A DNA stretch of 46,251 nt, the filler included, from Actinomycetota bacterium (GTDB lineage: Bacteria > Actinomycetota > CADDZG01 > JAHWKV01 > JAOPZY01), in assembly GCA_025963875.1 (NCBI GenBank). It is 2 parts of 2 records of this genome, joined end to end, with 100 filler letters (N's around TTAATTAATTAA, not from the genome) between each part and the next. Parts side by side here need not be neighbours in the genome. Positions count along the whole stretch, not along the records: positions 1 to 23,437 come from JAOPZY010000160.1; 1 more part is not named here. One strand, 5' to 3'. Both the position numbers and the translations under genes were made by a program. Positions 1 to 11,376 of the stretch are shown here, piece after piece. A model generated the notes under the pieces. The model did no database searches, was not told where the DNA came from, and saw nothing but the letters and a program-made list of their open reading frames with translations. The number at the start of each line of letters is the position of its first letter. Within the stretch, counting starts at the first letter, position 1.

Positions 1-97
1 CCGTGACGGCCACACCGGTGTCCGCAGGCACACCTCCTCCAGGCGCCTGCCTGCTTCCCGGATCTCGTCCAGGGTCACGAACTCACCCGTCGATGTC

Positions 98-1930
98 ATG
101 CGGGGATTCTGCCATCTCCTGGCGGTACTGGTCGTCTTTGCTGCCCTGGCACCCACCCTGTCGATGAGCACGCCCGCGAGCGCGGGCCAACCGCCGCAAG
201 CCCCCTCGCCCTCGCCAGCCCCTGTCTCTCTCGGCCCCGTTCGCTTCGTCTCGACCGGGGCAGGGTCGAAGATCACGGTCGATGCGACCTTTCCCCCGAA
301 CCCCAGCGCGTGCCAGGCGAACCAGCCCCAGAACCTGCAGGCGGCCTACCCCGGCACCTTCGAAGTCGGCAGGCAGCCCGATGGCCACCTCTACCTGATC
401 ACCGAGCTGACGTTTCCCCAGTACCTGAAGGGCATCGCGGAGGTGCCCGGGAGCTGGCCGCAGCAGGCACTGGAGGCGCAGGTGGTCGCCGCCCGGACCT
501 ACGCGATCGCCCACATGAACACGGGGGGCGCCCAGGCCCGGGAGCTCAACTACAACCTCTGTTCCACCGACGCGTGCCAGGTCTACCGTGGCCTTGCCAT
601 CCAGGACGGGGTCTACGGCGAGAACTGGGCCAAGGCGGTCGACGATACCTCGGGCCAGATCCTCGAATACGGCGGCAAGCCCATCGACGCCTTCTACTTC
701 TCGACGTCGAATGGCCATACCTATTCCGCGGCCGACGTGTTCGGGGGCTCGGGCGCGCCGTACCTCCAACCCGTCAGCGAGTCCGACGACACGGCGTCGC
801 CCACCTCCAGCTGGAGCGTTCGGATGCCCCTGACCGACCTGGCGGAGATCCTCCGGCTGTCGGGCTCGTGGGGCAGCGAGCCGATCGACTCGGTGGCACT
901 GCAGGGTGACACCGTGAAGGTCGCCGGCGGGGGGAAGTCGACCACCATGGCGCTCAGTTCGTTCCGGAACCGCCTGAACAACCAGGGGACCTGCCTCACC
1001 CCGAAGCGCTACCCCACGGCCGCCTCAGGGGGCGGGAACCTCCCACAGGTAGTGCCCTCGGTGTGGATGACCCTGCGCCAGGACGGCTCCGACATCGTGA
1101 TGGCGGGACGGGGATGGGGTCACGGCGTCGGCATGGTCCAGTGGGGAGCGAAGGGCAAGGCCGACCGGGGGCTCGACTACCGGCAGATCCTCTCCTACTA
1201 CTACGGTGGCCTCACCCCGGTGCAGGTAGCTGAGCCCGGCAGCATCAGGGTCCTGCTCGCCACCGGGGTGCAACAGGTCACGGTGGCGCCGAGTGGCCCG
1301 GTGCACGTCGTGGGGGGGCCCTCCGAGGCGCCCCTCAAGGCGCCGGGTAGCCCCGGAGTCGCCGGGACGGTGACCATCACCGGCGGCCCCGCGATGACGA
1401 TCGCTCCGGCGGTCCAGAACGCCATCGCCCCGGGGCTGGCGCTGTCGGGCGTCACCGTGACGGCCACGGCGACGCCGGGCAAGCCGGCGGGCTTCTCCTT
1501 CAACCTGAACCGCGCCGCCAACGTCGGCATCAGCTACCAGCAGGCCGGCGTGACGGCGACGGGCTCGGTGGCCCCCGTCCCGCTGCCCTCCGGGGACCAG
1601 ACGCTGCCGTGGGACCCCATCGCCGCAGGCCTGCCCCCCGGCACCTACGACGCCGCTCTCGTCGCCGACGACGGCGTCTCCCGGGTGGTGTCGCCGTCGT
1701 TCCAGATCACCGTGGCCACCACGGCGCCCACGCCCACGCCGACACCGTCGCGGGCAGCCGTCCTGGGAAGCAGGGGCGTGAAGACGAAGGTGCCGGCGTG
1801 GCTGCCGGTGGGGGTGGGGGCCGTGTTGCTGGTCGTGTTGCTTGGGGCGGGGGCGGGTCTCGCCGTCAAGCGCCGCCGACCACCGCCCGGCCCACCTGGT
1901 CCGCCGAACTTTGCTCCAAAACAACCATAA
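98..1930 (+). CDS. SpoIID/LytB domain protein (putative peptidoglycan lytic transglycosylase) with signal peptide and C-terminal membrane anchor
   Basis: Motifs YLKGIAEVPGSWPQQALEAQVVAARTYA, LCSTDACQVY and GRGWGHGVGMVQWGA; hydrophobic N-terminus; C-terminal TM segment followed by KRRR. Confidence 0.88.
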   Translation: MRGFCHLLAVLVVFAALAPTLSMSTPASAGQPPQAPSPSPAPVSLGPVRFVSTGAGSKITVDATFPPNPSACQANQPQNLQAAYPGTFEVGRQPDGHLYLITELTFPQYLKGIAEVPGSWPQQALEAQVVAARTYAIAHMNTGGAQARELNYNLCSTDACQVYRGLAIQDGVYGENWAKAVDDTSGQILEYGGKPIDAFYFSTSNGHTYSAADVFGGSGAPYLQPVSESDDTASPTSSWSVRMPLTDLAEILRLSGSWGSEPIDSVALQGDTVKVAGGGKSTTMALSSFRNRLNNQGTCLTPKRYPTAASGGGNLPQVVPSVWMTLRQDGSDIVMAGRGWGHGVGMVQWGAKGKADRGLDYRQILSYYYGGLTPVQVAEPGSIRVLLATGVQQVTVAPSGPVHVVGGPSEAPLKAPGSPGVAGTVTITGGPAMTIAPAVQNAIAPGLALSGVTVTATATPGKPAGFSFNLNRAANVGISYQQAGVTATGSVAPVPLPSGDQTLPWDPIAAGLPPGTYDAALVADDGVSRVVSPSFQITVATTAPTPTPTPSRAAVLGSRGVKTKVPAWLPVGVGAVLLVVLLGAGAGLAVKRRRPPPGPPGPPNFAPKQP

Positions 1931-1949
1931 ACGGTCACTTTTGGAGCAA
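1911..1949. repeat. Inverted repeat (REP-like element or terminator) overlapping the SpoIID stop
   Basis: TTGCTCCAAAA (1911-1921) / TTTTGGAGCAA (1939-1949). Confidence 0.6.
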
Positions 1950-2064
1950 CGTTGCTCGTCGAGCACCGAGGAACCGGACGCGACAACGCCGGGGAGGTCC
2001 CCCGGCGCCGTCGACGATGAGTGACTGCTGGCCCCCAAGACCGAGGGCCGACTCCCCGCAAGGT

Positions 2065-2235
2065 TTAGTACTTAATCTTGGTCTCCAGGTAGTTCAGGAT
2101 CGTCTTTGTCGGAGGATGAACATCGTGGACGTTGGTCAAATGGTCCACGAGCTTCCGCATCAACTCATCCTTGGTTGGAGCCGTAATCGGAACCTTGCAG
2201 GTTGCCCCTGCATCAGCTCAACAGATCGATGGCAC
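2065..2235 (-). CDS. 56-aa DUF1059-like small metal-binding protein with in-frame UGA (candidate selenocysteine) at codon 6
   Basis: SD GGAGGTGA 6 nt before GTG; hand translation MPSIC(U)ADAGATCKVPITAPTKDELMRKLVDHLTNVHDVHPPTKTILNYLETKIKY*; UxDxGxxC...ELM...HxxxxH pattern; TGA at 2218-2220. Confidence 0.75.
2189..2206 (-). promoter_or_regulatory. Candidate bacterial SECIS element
   Basis: 11 nt after the UGA: GG-C(bulge)-AACCU-GCA-AGGUU-CC; spacing, bulge position and loop G resemble the E. coli fdhF SECIS. Confidence 0.6.
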
Positions 2236-2303
2236 CGTCTATCACCTCCCCCCGGTATGGATTTCGACACTCGAAGCGAGATGATTCTCGCGCCGGTCGG
2301 GGT

Positions 2304-2474
2304 TTAGTACCTAATCCTCGACTCCAGGTAGTTCAGGAAGAGGCTAGCCTGACTTTCCGGGATCCGGGCCGTTCCGAACCCATAAGGGCAGGCCAGGGGC
2401 CAAATTTGGTCCGTTACACCTGTAGTACCCTCGCGGCCGATAGACGTCCCTTGGACCACCCTTAATTTTGGCAT
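2304..2474 (-). CDS. Putative 56-aa small protein whose C-terminal tail resembles that of the downstream DUF1059-like protein
   Basis: GAGGAG 7 nt before ATG; hand translation MPKLRVVQGTSIGREGTTGVTDQIWPLACPYGFGTARIPESQASLFLNYLESRIRY*. Confidence 0.35.
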   Translation of the reverse strand: MPKLRVVQGTSIGREGTTGVTDQIWPLACPYGFGTARIPESQASLFLNYLESRIRY

Positions 2475-2626
2475 TGAAACGCTCCTCGACGTCGGATTGC
2501 AGGGTACTACGCAATCTTGTGCTCATAGACGCGTGAGAACGCGTGCTGGAGCGCGACTACTCGCGATTTCGCGCGTAAGCACTGGGTCTCCCGAGCAGCT
2601 CTGAGGCCGTCACCCGGAAACTCCGG

Positions 2627-2988
2627 CTAGAGGTAGAGCCCGGTGTTCGACTCCGTCCGTTCCGACGCCACGGCGTGAATGTCCCGCTCCCGCAGCACCA
2701 GGTAGTCCTCCTGGCGGATCTCCACCTCGAAGGCGGTCTCGGGCGCGAAGAGCACGTGGTCCCCGGCCTCGGCGGCGCGCACCAGCGGGCCGACGGCGAC
2801 GACCTCGCCCCACATCGCCCGCTTCGCCTCGGATTCGGCGGTGGCGGGGATGAGGATCCCGCCACGGCTCTTTCGCTCCCCCAGCTCGGTCGGTGGGACG
2901 ACGAGGATCCGGTCCGCCGTCATCCGGATCGACTGCTGGGCCTCGCCGGCGAGTTGCCGGACCGAGGCCACGCCCTCAGAGGGAGACG

Positions 2989-2992
<4 letters not shown>
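2627..2992 (-). CDS. groES: GroES/Cpn10 family co-chaperonin paralogue (start may be the internal MTADR)
   Basis: DRILV...[11 protein letters not shown]...GEVVAVGP...GDHVLF...[12 protein letters not shown]; 4-nt overlap with the clpB stop. Confidence 0.85.
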
Positions 2993-5622
<2,630 letters not shown>

Positions 5623-5629
5623 TCCGGAA

Positions 5630-6085
5630 TCACCCTCCCTGTCCGAAGATTTGCCGCACGTCGTCGAGGCGCGCCAGTACTCCCCAGTGGGGCCGCCTGG
5701 GGGCCGAGCGCTCGGCCTGCTGGCCCTCCGCCTGACGCTGCACCTCGGCCATGCGCCGGCGGACCCGGTCGAGCTGCGCCTGGGCCTCCTCGAGGCGGCG
5801 CTGCATGTCCATGATGATGCGGACCCCGGCGAGATTGACGCCCTCGTCCTGGGTCAGCCGCTGGATCTGGCGGAGCTGCTCGACGTCCCGTTCCGAATAC
5901 CGGCGAGTGTTGCCCGCGGTGCGCTGCGGGGACAGCAGACCCTTCCGCTCGTAGATCCGCAGCGTCTGGGGATGCACGCCGGCCAGGTCGGCCGCGACGC
6001 TGATGACGTAGACCGCGCGCTCCTCGTAGGTGCCTTGTGCCTGCCGCTCTCCCTGATCGCGGGGCCCCTGGCTCTGGATCGACAT
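5630..6085 (-). CDS. hspR: Heat-shock repressor HspR (MerR family)
   Basis: [40 protein letters not shown] and GVNLAGV; follows dnaJ; start placed at ATG 6085. Confidence 0.93.
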   Translation of the reverse strand: MSIQSQGPRDQGERQAQGTYEERAVYVISVAADLAGVHPQTLRIYERKGLLSPQRTAGNTRRYSERDVEQLRQIQRLTQDEGVNLAGVRIIMDMQRRLEEAQAQLDRVRRRMAEVQRQAEGQQAERSAPRRPHWGVLARLDDVRQIFGQGG

Positions 6086-6089
6086 GGCC

Positions 6090-7091
6090 TCAGCCCTTCG
6101 AGCCGCTTGTGGTCCCGAGGTGCTCACGCGGGGACTCCGGCTGCAGCCCGGCGAATTGCTCGAGCAGATGCTTGGCTTCCTTCGTCAGCTTCTGGGGGAC
6201 GACAACGTTGACCGTGACGAGCATGTCGCCGGCCCTGTCGCCGTTCGTGCCGCCGCCCTTGCCACGGAGCCGGAAGGTCTTGCCCGCCTGCGTCCCCGCG
6301 GGGATCTTCAACGTGACCGTCCCGCCGTCCAGCGTGGGCACCTTGACGTCGGCCCCCAGGGCCGCCTCGGGATACGTGATCGGCAGCGTCAGCGTCAGGT
6401 CGCGGCCCTTGCGGCCGAAGATCTGGTGCGGCACGACGGTCACCTTCACGAACAGGTCCCCCCGCGGCCCACCGTTCGGGGACTCGTCGCCCTTGCCGGG
6501 CACCTTGATCCGCGCGCCGTCGGTCACCCCGGCCGGGATGCGGACCTTGATCGAGCGTTGCTTGCCGCCCGGCTCGGTGAGGTGCAGGCTCGACGTGGTC
6601 CCCTCGAGGGCCTCCCGGAAGGCGAGGGCGATCTCGGTCTCCTGGTCGCGGCCCTTCGTGGGCCGCCCGGCGCGCGCCCCGCCGCCCCGTCCGAAGATCG
6701 AGCCGAAGATCTCGTCGGTGAAGACGTTGCCGCCGCCGCCGCTCTGCCCGGCCCTGGTGAAGATGTCCCCCAGGTCGCCCAGGTCCTCGAAGCGGATGCG
6801 CCGGCCCCCGGCCCCGGCCGGCCCGCCGGCCCCGCCGAAGCCCCCGAAGCCGGAGGTCAGCATCTCCCGGAAGTCGTCGTACTCCTTGCGGGTCTTGGCG
6901 TCGGAGAGCACGTCGTAGGCGTGGGAGACCTCCTTGAACTTCTCCTCCGCCGCCGTGTCGCCGGGGTTGGCGTCCGGGTGGTACTTCTGCGCCAGCTTGC
7001 GGTAGGACTTCTTGATGTCGGCCTCGGGCGCGCCCTTCTGGACGCCCAGGGTGGCGTAGTAGTCCTTGTCCGCCCACTCGCGCTCCGGCAT
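6090..7091 (-). CDS. dnaJ: DnaJ family chaperone, class II (no zinc finger)
   Basis: J-domain with HPD, G/F-rich region and C-terminal domain; no CxxCxGxG repeats. Confidence 0.93.
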   Translation of the reverse strand: MPEREWADKDYYATLGVQKGAPEADIKKSYRKLAQKYHPDANPGDTAAEEKFKEVSHAYDVLSDAKTRKEYDDFREMLTSGFGGFGGAGGPAGAGGRRIRFEDLGDLGDIFTRAGQSGGGGNVFTDEIFGSIFGRGGGARAGRPTKGRDQETEIALAFREALEGTTSSLHLTEPGGKQRSIKVRIPAGVTDGARIKVPGKGDESPNGGPRGDLFVKVTVVPHQIFGRKGRDLTLTLPITYPEAALGADVKVPTLDGGTVTLKIPAGTQAGKTFRLRGKGGGTNGDRAGDMLVTVNVVVPQKLTKEAKHLLEQFAGLQPESPREHLGTTSGSKG

Positions 7092-7112
7092 CGGTCTCTC
7101 CTTTTGAACTCC

Positions 7113-7769
7113 TCAGCCCGTCCCCCGCCGTGCGACCTTCACCATCGAGGGCCGGAGCACCCGCCCCTTGTAGGTGTAGCCGCTGCGCAGCTCCTCGGCG
7201 ACGTACGCCTCGCCGTCCTCCTCGCCGTCGACCTGGAGGGCCGCCTCGTGGTAGTTCGGATCGAAGGCCTTGCCCTTCGCCGCGATGGCGGTGAGCCCCT
7301 CGGCGGTGAGGACCTCCTTCAGCTCTCCGAAGACCATCTCGATGCCTTTCAGCATCCGGTCGAACTCGCGGCTCTCCTCGGCGGAGGCCACCGCCAGCTC
7401 GAAGTTGTCGAGGACCGGCAGCAGGCGGTGCAGGAGGCTGGCCGACGCCCGCTCCACCAGGCCGGTCTGCTCCTTCACGATGCGCTTGCGATAGTTGTCG
7501 AACTCAGCCTTCAGCCGCTGGAGGTCGTCCAGGTAGGCGGCAGCCTCGGCCCGCGCCGCCTCGACCTGGGCCTCCAGCGGGTTCGGCTCGGCGGGGGCCG
7601 TCGGGCCCGCCGGAGCGGCCGGGGCAGGCGGGCCCGCGGGAGGCTCCGGGGCCGCTGCCTGCGTATTCACGCCGGCCGGCACTGTCGCCGCAGCCTCCGG
7701 ATGCAGCTTCCGGCGGTCGTTGATCGTGATGCGCCGCGGCGGCGGTTGGTCGCCTCGATGCTGGTCCAT
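7113..7769 (-). CDS. grpE: Nucleotide exchange factor GrpE
   Basis: RLKAEFDNYRKR, LLPVLDNFELA, FDPNYHEA, GY...RVLRPSMVKV. Confidence 0.96.
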   Translation of the reverse strand: MDQHRGDQPPPRRITINDRRKLHPEAAATVPAGVNTQAAAPEPPAGPPAPAAPAGPTAPAEPNPLEAQVEAARAEAAAYLDDLQRLKAEFDNYRKRIVKEQTGLVERASASLLHRLLPVLDNFELAVASAEESREFDRMLKGIEMVFGELKEVLTAEGLTAIAAKGKAFDPNYHEAALQVDGEEDGEAYVAEELRSGYTYKGRVLRPSMVKVARRGTG

Positions 7770-7770
7770 G

Positions 7771-8247
7771 TCAGCCCCTTTCGTTCCCCGAAGGGGACCC
7801 TGGCCCAGCCTTCACCTCGACGCGAACAGGCTGCGCCTTGGCAACCTTTGCCACCTCGATGGTCAGCAGCCCGTCGGACATCGACGCGTCGATGTGGGCC
7901 GTGTCAGAGCCCTGCGGCAGGGCCACCCGCCGCTGGAACGGACCGAACCGCCGCTCGATGCGATGGAACGACTCTTCGGGGACGTCGCCGTAGAACGTCC
8001 GCTCGCCCCGCAGTGTCAGGACGTTGTCCTCCACCGTGATGTCGACGTCGCCCGTCGTCATCCCGGCAAGCTCTGCAGTGATGATGTAGCGGTCCTGGGT
8101 CTCGTAGACGTCCAGCGGGGGCACCCAGCTTCCCTGGGTTTCCGCCTCCGCCGATTCGCCCGGACCGTAAGTACGGCCGAACAGCCGGTTCATTTCGTTC
8201 TGGATGCCCAACAGGTCCCGGAACGGGTCCCATCTGCGAACAGCCAT
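7771..8247 (-). CDS. Hsp20/alpha-crystallin small heat-shock protein
   Basis: WDPFRDL, WVPPLDVYET, LTLRGER, ERRFGPFQRRVALP, DGLLTI. Confidence 0.93.
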   Translation of the reverse strand: MAVRRWDPFRDLLGIQNEMNRLFGRTYGPGESAEAETQGSWVPPLDVYETQDRYIITAELAGMTTGDVDITVEDNVLTLRGERTFYGDVPEESFHRIERRFGPFQRRVALPQGSDTAHIDASMSDGLLTIEVAKVAKAQPVRVEVKAGPGSPSGNERG

Positions 8248-8261
8248 CTCGGAGCCTCCTT

Positions 8262-10109
8262 TCAGTGTCCTTCGTCAACGATCTCTGCGTCCACGACGTC
8301 GTCGTCCGACGAGGCCTTGTGATCGCCGGTGTGATCGGCGGCGGTGGCGTCGCCCTGCTGGCCCTGGCTCGTGTGGTAGATCTGCTCGGCCAGCTTGTGG
8401 GAGGCCGTCACCAGCGCATCGGATGCCGTCTTGATGCGGGCGGCGTCGTCGCTCTTGAGTGCGTCCTTGACCTCTCCGAGGGCCTGCTCGACGGCACGGC
8501 GGTCGGCCTCGTTCAGCTTGTCGCCATGCTCCTTGAGGGTCTTCTCGGTCTGGTAGGCGAGATTGTCCGCCATGTTGCGGGCCTCAGCCACCTCACGCCG
8601 CCGCCGGTCCTCCTCGGCGAAGCGCTCGGCCTCCTTCATCATCTTCTCCATCTCGTCCTTGGGCAGGGCCGTGCCGCCGGTGATGGTCATGGCCTGCGCC
8701 TTGCCCGTCCCGAGGTCCTTGGCCGCCACGTGGACGATGCCGTTGGCGTCGATGTCGAAGGTCACCTCGATCTGGGGCATGCCTCGCGGCGCTGCCGGGA
8801 TGCCCACCAGCTGGAACCGGCCCAGGGTCCGGGCGCCGGGGGAGTAGACGGTTTCCGCCTCGCCCTGGAGCACGTGGACCTCGACCGAGGGCTGGTTGTC
8901 CTCGGCGGTGGAGAACACCTCGGACTTCTTGGTCGGGATGGTGGTGTTGCGCTCGATCAGCTTGGTGAAGATGCCGCCCTTGGTCTCGATGCCGAGCGAC
9001 AGCGGCGTGACGTCGAGGAGCAGCACGTCCTTGACCTCACCCTTGAGCACGCCCGCCTGGAGAGCGGCGCCGATGGCGACGACCTCGTCCGGGTTCACGC
9101 CCTTGTGCGGCTCCTTGCCGCCGGTGAGGCTCTTCACCAGGTCCTGGACCATGGGCATCCGGGTTGAGCCGCCGACCAGGATGACGTGGTTGATCTGGCC
9201 CACCGGCTTGCCCCAGTCCTTGACCGCCTGGTTGAAGGGGTCCTTCAGGCGCTGCACCAGGTCCTCGGTGAGCTGCTCGAAGGCGGAGCGGGTGAGCTTC
9301 ATCTCGAAGTGGATCGGCCCGGTCGCCTCGGTGGCGGTGAGGAACGGCAGGGTGATGGTGGTCTCGGCCGCCTGGGAGAGCTCGATCTTGGCCTTCTCGG
9401 CGGCTTCCTTGAAGCGCTGGAGGGCCATACGGTCATTCGAGAGGTCGACGCCGTGGTTGTTCTTCACTTCTTTGATCATGGTGTCGATGATCCGCTGGTC
9501 CCAGTCGTCGCCACCGAGGTGGGTGTCACCGGACGTGGCCTTGACCTCGAAGACGCCGTCGCCGATCTCCAGCAGCGACACGTCGAAGGTCCCACCGCCG
9601 AGGTCGAACACGAGGATCGTCTGATCGGCCGACTTGTCGAGCCCGTAGGCGAGCGACGAGGCGGTGGGCTCGTTGATGATCCGGAGCACCTCGAGGCCGG
9701 CGATCTGGCCGGCTTCCTTGGTCGCCTGGCGCTGGGCGTCGTTGAAGTAGGCCGGGACGGTGACGATCGCCTGTACGATCTTGTCGCCCAGGTAGGCCTC
9801 GGCGTCTCGCTTCAACTTCATGAGGATCTGGGCGGAGATCTCCTGGGGCGTCCACTTCTTCCCGTCGATGCTCGTGGACCAGGAGGTCCCCATCTCCCGC
9901 TTGATGGAGCGGAAGGTCCGGTCGGGGTTCGTGATGGCTTGGCGCTTGGCGACCTCGCCGACGAGGATCTCTCCGGTCTTGCTGAAGGCGACCACCGATG
10001 GGGTGGTCCGATGGCCCTCGGCGTTGGGGATGACGACGGGCTCCCCTCCCTCGAGGACCGAGACCACGGAGTTGGTGGTCCCCAGGTCGATTCCAACGGC
10101 TTTCGGCAT
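8262..10109 (-). CDS. dnaK: Chaperone DnaK
   Basis: [31 protein letters not shown]; 615 aa. Confidence 0.98.
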   Translation of the reverse strand: MPKAVGIDLGTTNSVVSVLEGGEPVVIPNAEGHRTTPSVVAFSKTGEILVGEVAKRQAITNPDRTFRSIKREMGTSWSTSIDGKKWTPQEISAQILMKLKRDAEAYLGDKIVQAIVTVPAYFNDAQRQATKEAGQIAGLEVLRIINEPTASSLAYGLDKSADQTILVFDLGGGTFDVSLLEIGDGVFEVKATSGDTHLGGDDWDQRIIDTMIKEVKNNHGVDLSNDRMALQRFKEAAEKAKIELSQAAETTITLPFLTATEATGPIHFEMKLTRSAFEQLTEDLVQRLKDPFNQAVKDWGKPVGQINHVILVGGSTRMPMVQDLVKSLTGGKEPHKGVNPDEVVAIGAALQAGVLKGEVKDVLLLDVTPLSLGIETKGGIFTKLIERNTTIPTKKSEVFSTAEDNQPSVEVHVLQGEAETVYSPGARTLGRFQLVGIPAAPRGMPQIEVTFDIDANGIVHVAAKDLGTGKAQAMTITGGTALPKDEMEKMMKEAERFAEEDRRRREVAEARNMADNLAYQTEKTLKEHGDKLNEADRRAVEQALGEVKDALKSDDAARIKTASDALVTASHKLAEQIYHTSQGQQGDATAADHTGDHKASSDDDVVDAEIVDEGH

Positions 10110-10237
10110 GGCACATCCCTTTCTTCTTGCTTCGTATTGTTCTTGGCTGTTTTGTTTGCTTCGTCTGAAGCTCTGGGAGGCCTACCGCATCGGTTTGGGA
10201 TCGCCCGGCCCCCGCAACGCTTGGCCCCAGATTAGGA

Positions 10238-10258
10238 CCTGAGTGCCATGCTGTCAAC
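10238..10258. promoter_or_regulatory. Degenerate HAIR (HspR operator) upstream of dnaK
   Basis: CCTGAGT-N7-TGTCAAC versus consensus CTTGAGT-N7-ACTCAAG; hspR is in the operon. Confidence 0.6.
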
Positions 10259-10438
10259 TTTTATGATGCTGGGCGTTAACCGCCGCGGCGGGACCTGGCG
10301 GACAACTATCTGGCCGTCGTCGACGGGGTCCTGCGGGCCAGGCCGACCGCCAAGGACAAGTACCTTAAGTCGGTGACTCTTGCCGCCAGCATGAGACCGA
10401 GGTCCAGACCTCGTAGCGAGCCTCCGGAGATCAGCGAG

Positions 10439-10487
10439 GTAGTTTCCGTCAAAAAGTGGGCTCACGGCCCTTTTTGACGGAATCTAC
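10439..10487. repeat. Long imperfect hairpin (REP-like)
   Basis: GTAG-T-TTCCGTCAAAAAG...CTTTTTGACGGAA-T-CTAC. Confidence 0.65.
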
Positions 10488-10890
10488 TCCCTGACCGAGC
10501 CGAGCTGGCCGCCGGACACGACCGCGGCCCCCCTGGACGGTCGTCCTGGGGGACTCGCGAAGACGAAATCCTCGGCGATGTGGCGGGCCGGGGGCTCGCT
10601 ACGTAAATCACAGGAATGTAGGTCGATTGCACGAACATCCCGGGGGGCACCGAACAACCTCCGGGGCCGTGAATCGCCGGTTGTATCGGAACTGCGATGC
10701 CAGGCCGACAACGCCCTGCTCAAAGACGGTACCCGGCGACGGCGCTGTCTCGGCCGCAGTGGAGCAACCGGCTAGCCGGCACTCGACCGCCGCCCGGCTC
10801 TCGTTGACAGGACGCCGTCAGCGCCGACGCATCTCGCGAAACTGTTGTCGGCTGCAATAGTTATCATGGGCAACAGATCCTACGGAGGGC

Positions 10891-11376
10891 TTGCCACTGT
10901 TGCCGGAGCACGAGCCGGTCGATGACGAGGCGCTGGTCTCTGCCGTGTTGCTGGCCTCGCGGGCACTGGTCGCCATCGCTGCCCGCTCGCTGGCGGCGGC
11001 CCCGGCGGATGTCACCCTCGCCCAGTATCGCCTGCTCGTCCTCCTCGCCTCGCGCGGCCCCCACATCCCTTCGGCGATCGCCGCCGACCTCGGCGCAGCC
11101 CCCTCGTCGGTCACCCGCCTGTGCGACCGGCTGGTGGCCAAGGGCCTGATCACCCGCCGGGCGTCCACCGACAACCGCCGGGAGGTGCTGGCATCGATCT
11201 CGCCCGCCGGACGGCGGGTGGTCGATGCGGTGACCCGCGTGCGGCGCAGCGAGATCGAGCGGGTGGTCCGGGCCGTCCCCCCGGGGCGGCGGGCCAACGT
11301 CATCGAGGCGTTGAACGATCTCGGGTCGGCGGCCGGCGAGGTCCCCGACCCGTCGTGGCGCCTGGGCTGGGAATGA
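10891..11376 (+). CDS. MarR family transcriptional regulator
   Basis: VTLAQYRLLVLL, SSVTRLCDRLVAKGLITR, DNRRE; start codon uncertain (TTG). Confidence 0.88.
   Translation: MPLLPEHEPVDDEALVSAVLLASRALVAIAARSLAAAPADVTLAQYRLLVLLASRGPHIPSAIAADLGAAPSSVTRLCDRLVAKGLITRRASTDNRREVLASISPAGRRVVDAVTRVRRSEIERVVRAVPPGRRANVIEALNDLGSAAGEVPDPSWRLGWE

Noticed and set aside
2218..2220. UGA reassigned genome-wide (Trp or Gly code)
   Set aside because: TGA is a normal stop for many genes here (e.g. marR 11376, ClC 13088, ptsI 31166)
2062..2338. Direct repeats as a CRISPR array
   Set aside because: Only two diverged copies about 240 bp apart, with codon-like substitutions and no cas genes
2344..2526. 60-aa minus-strand ORF from the track
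   Set aside because: No SD or recognisable motif; overlaps the SD-bearing 2304-2474 frame, which I prefer, though neither is proven
10364..10384. Possible second HAIR site (CTTAAGT...)
   Set aside because: The right half-site does not match at N7 spacing
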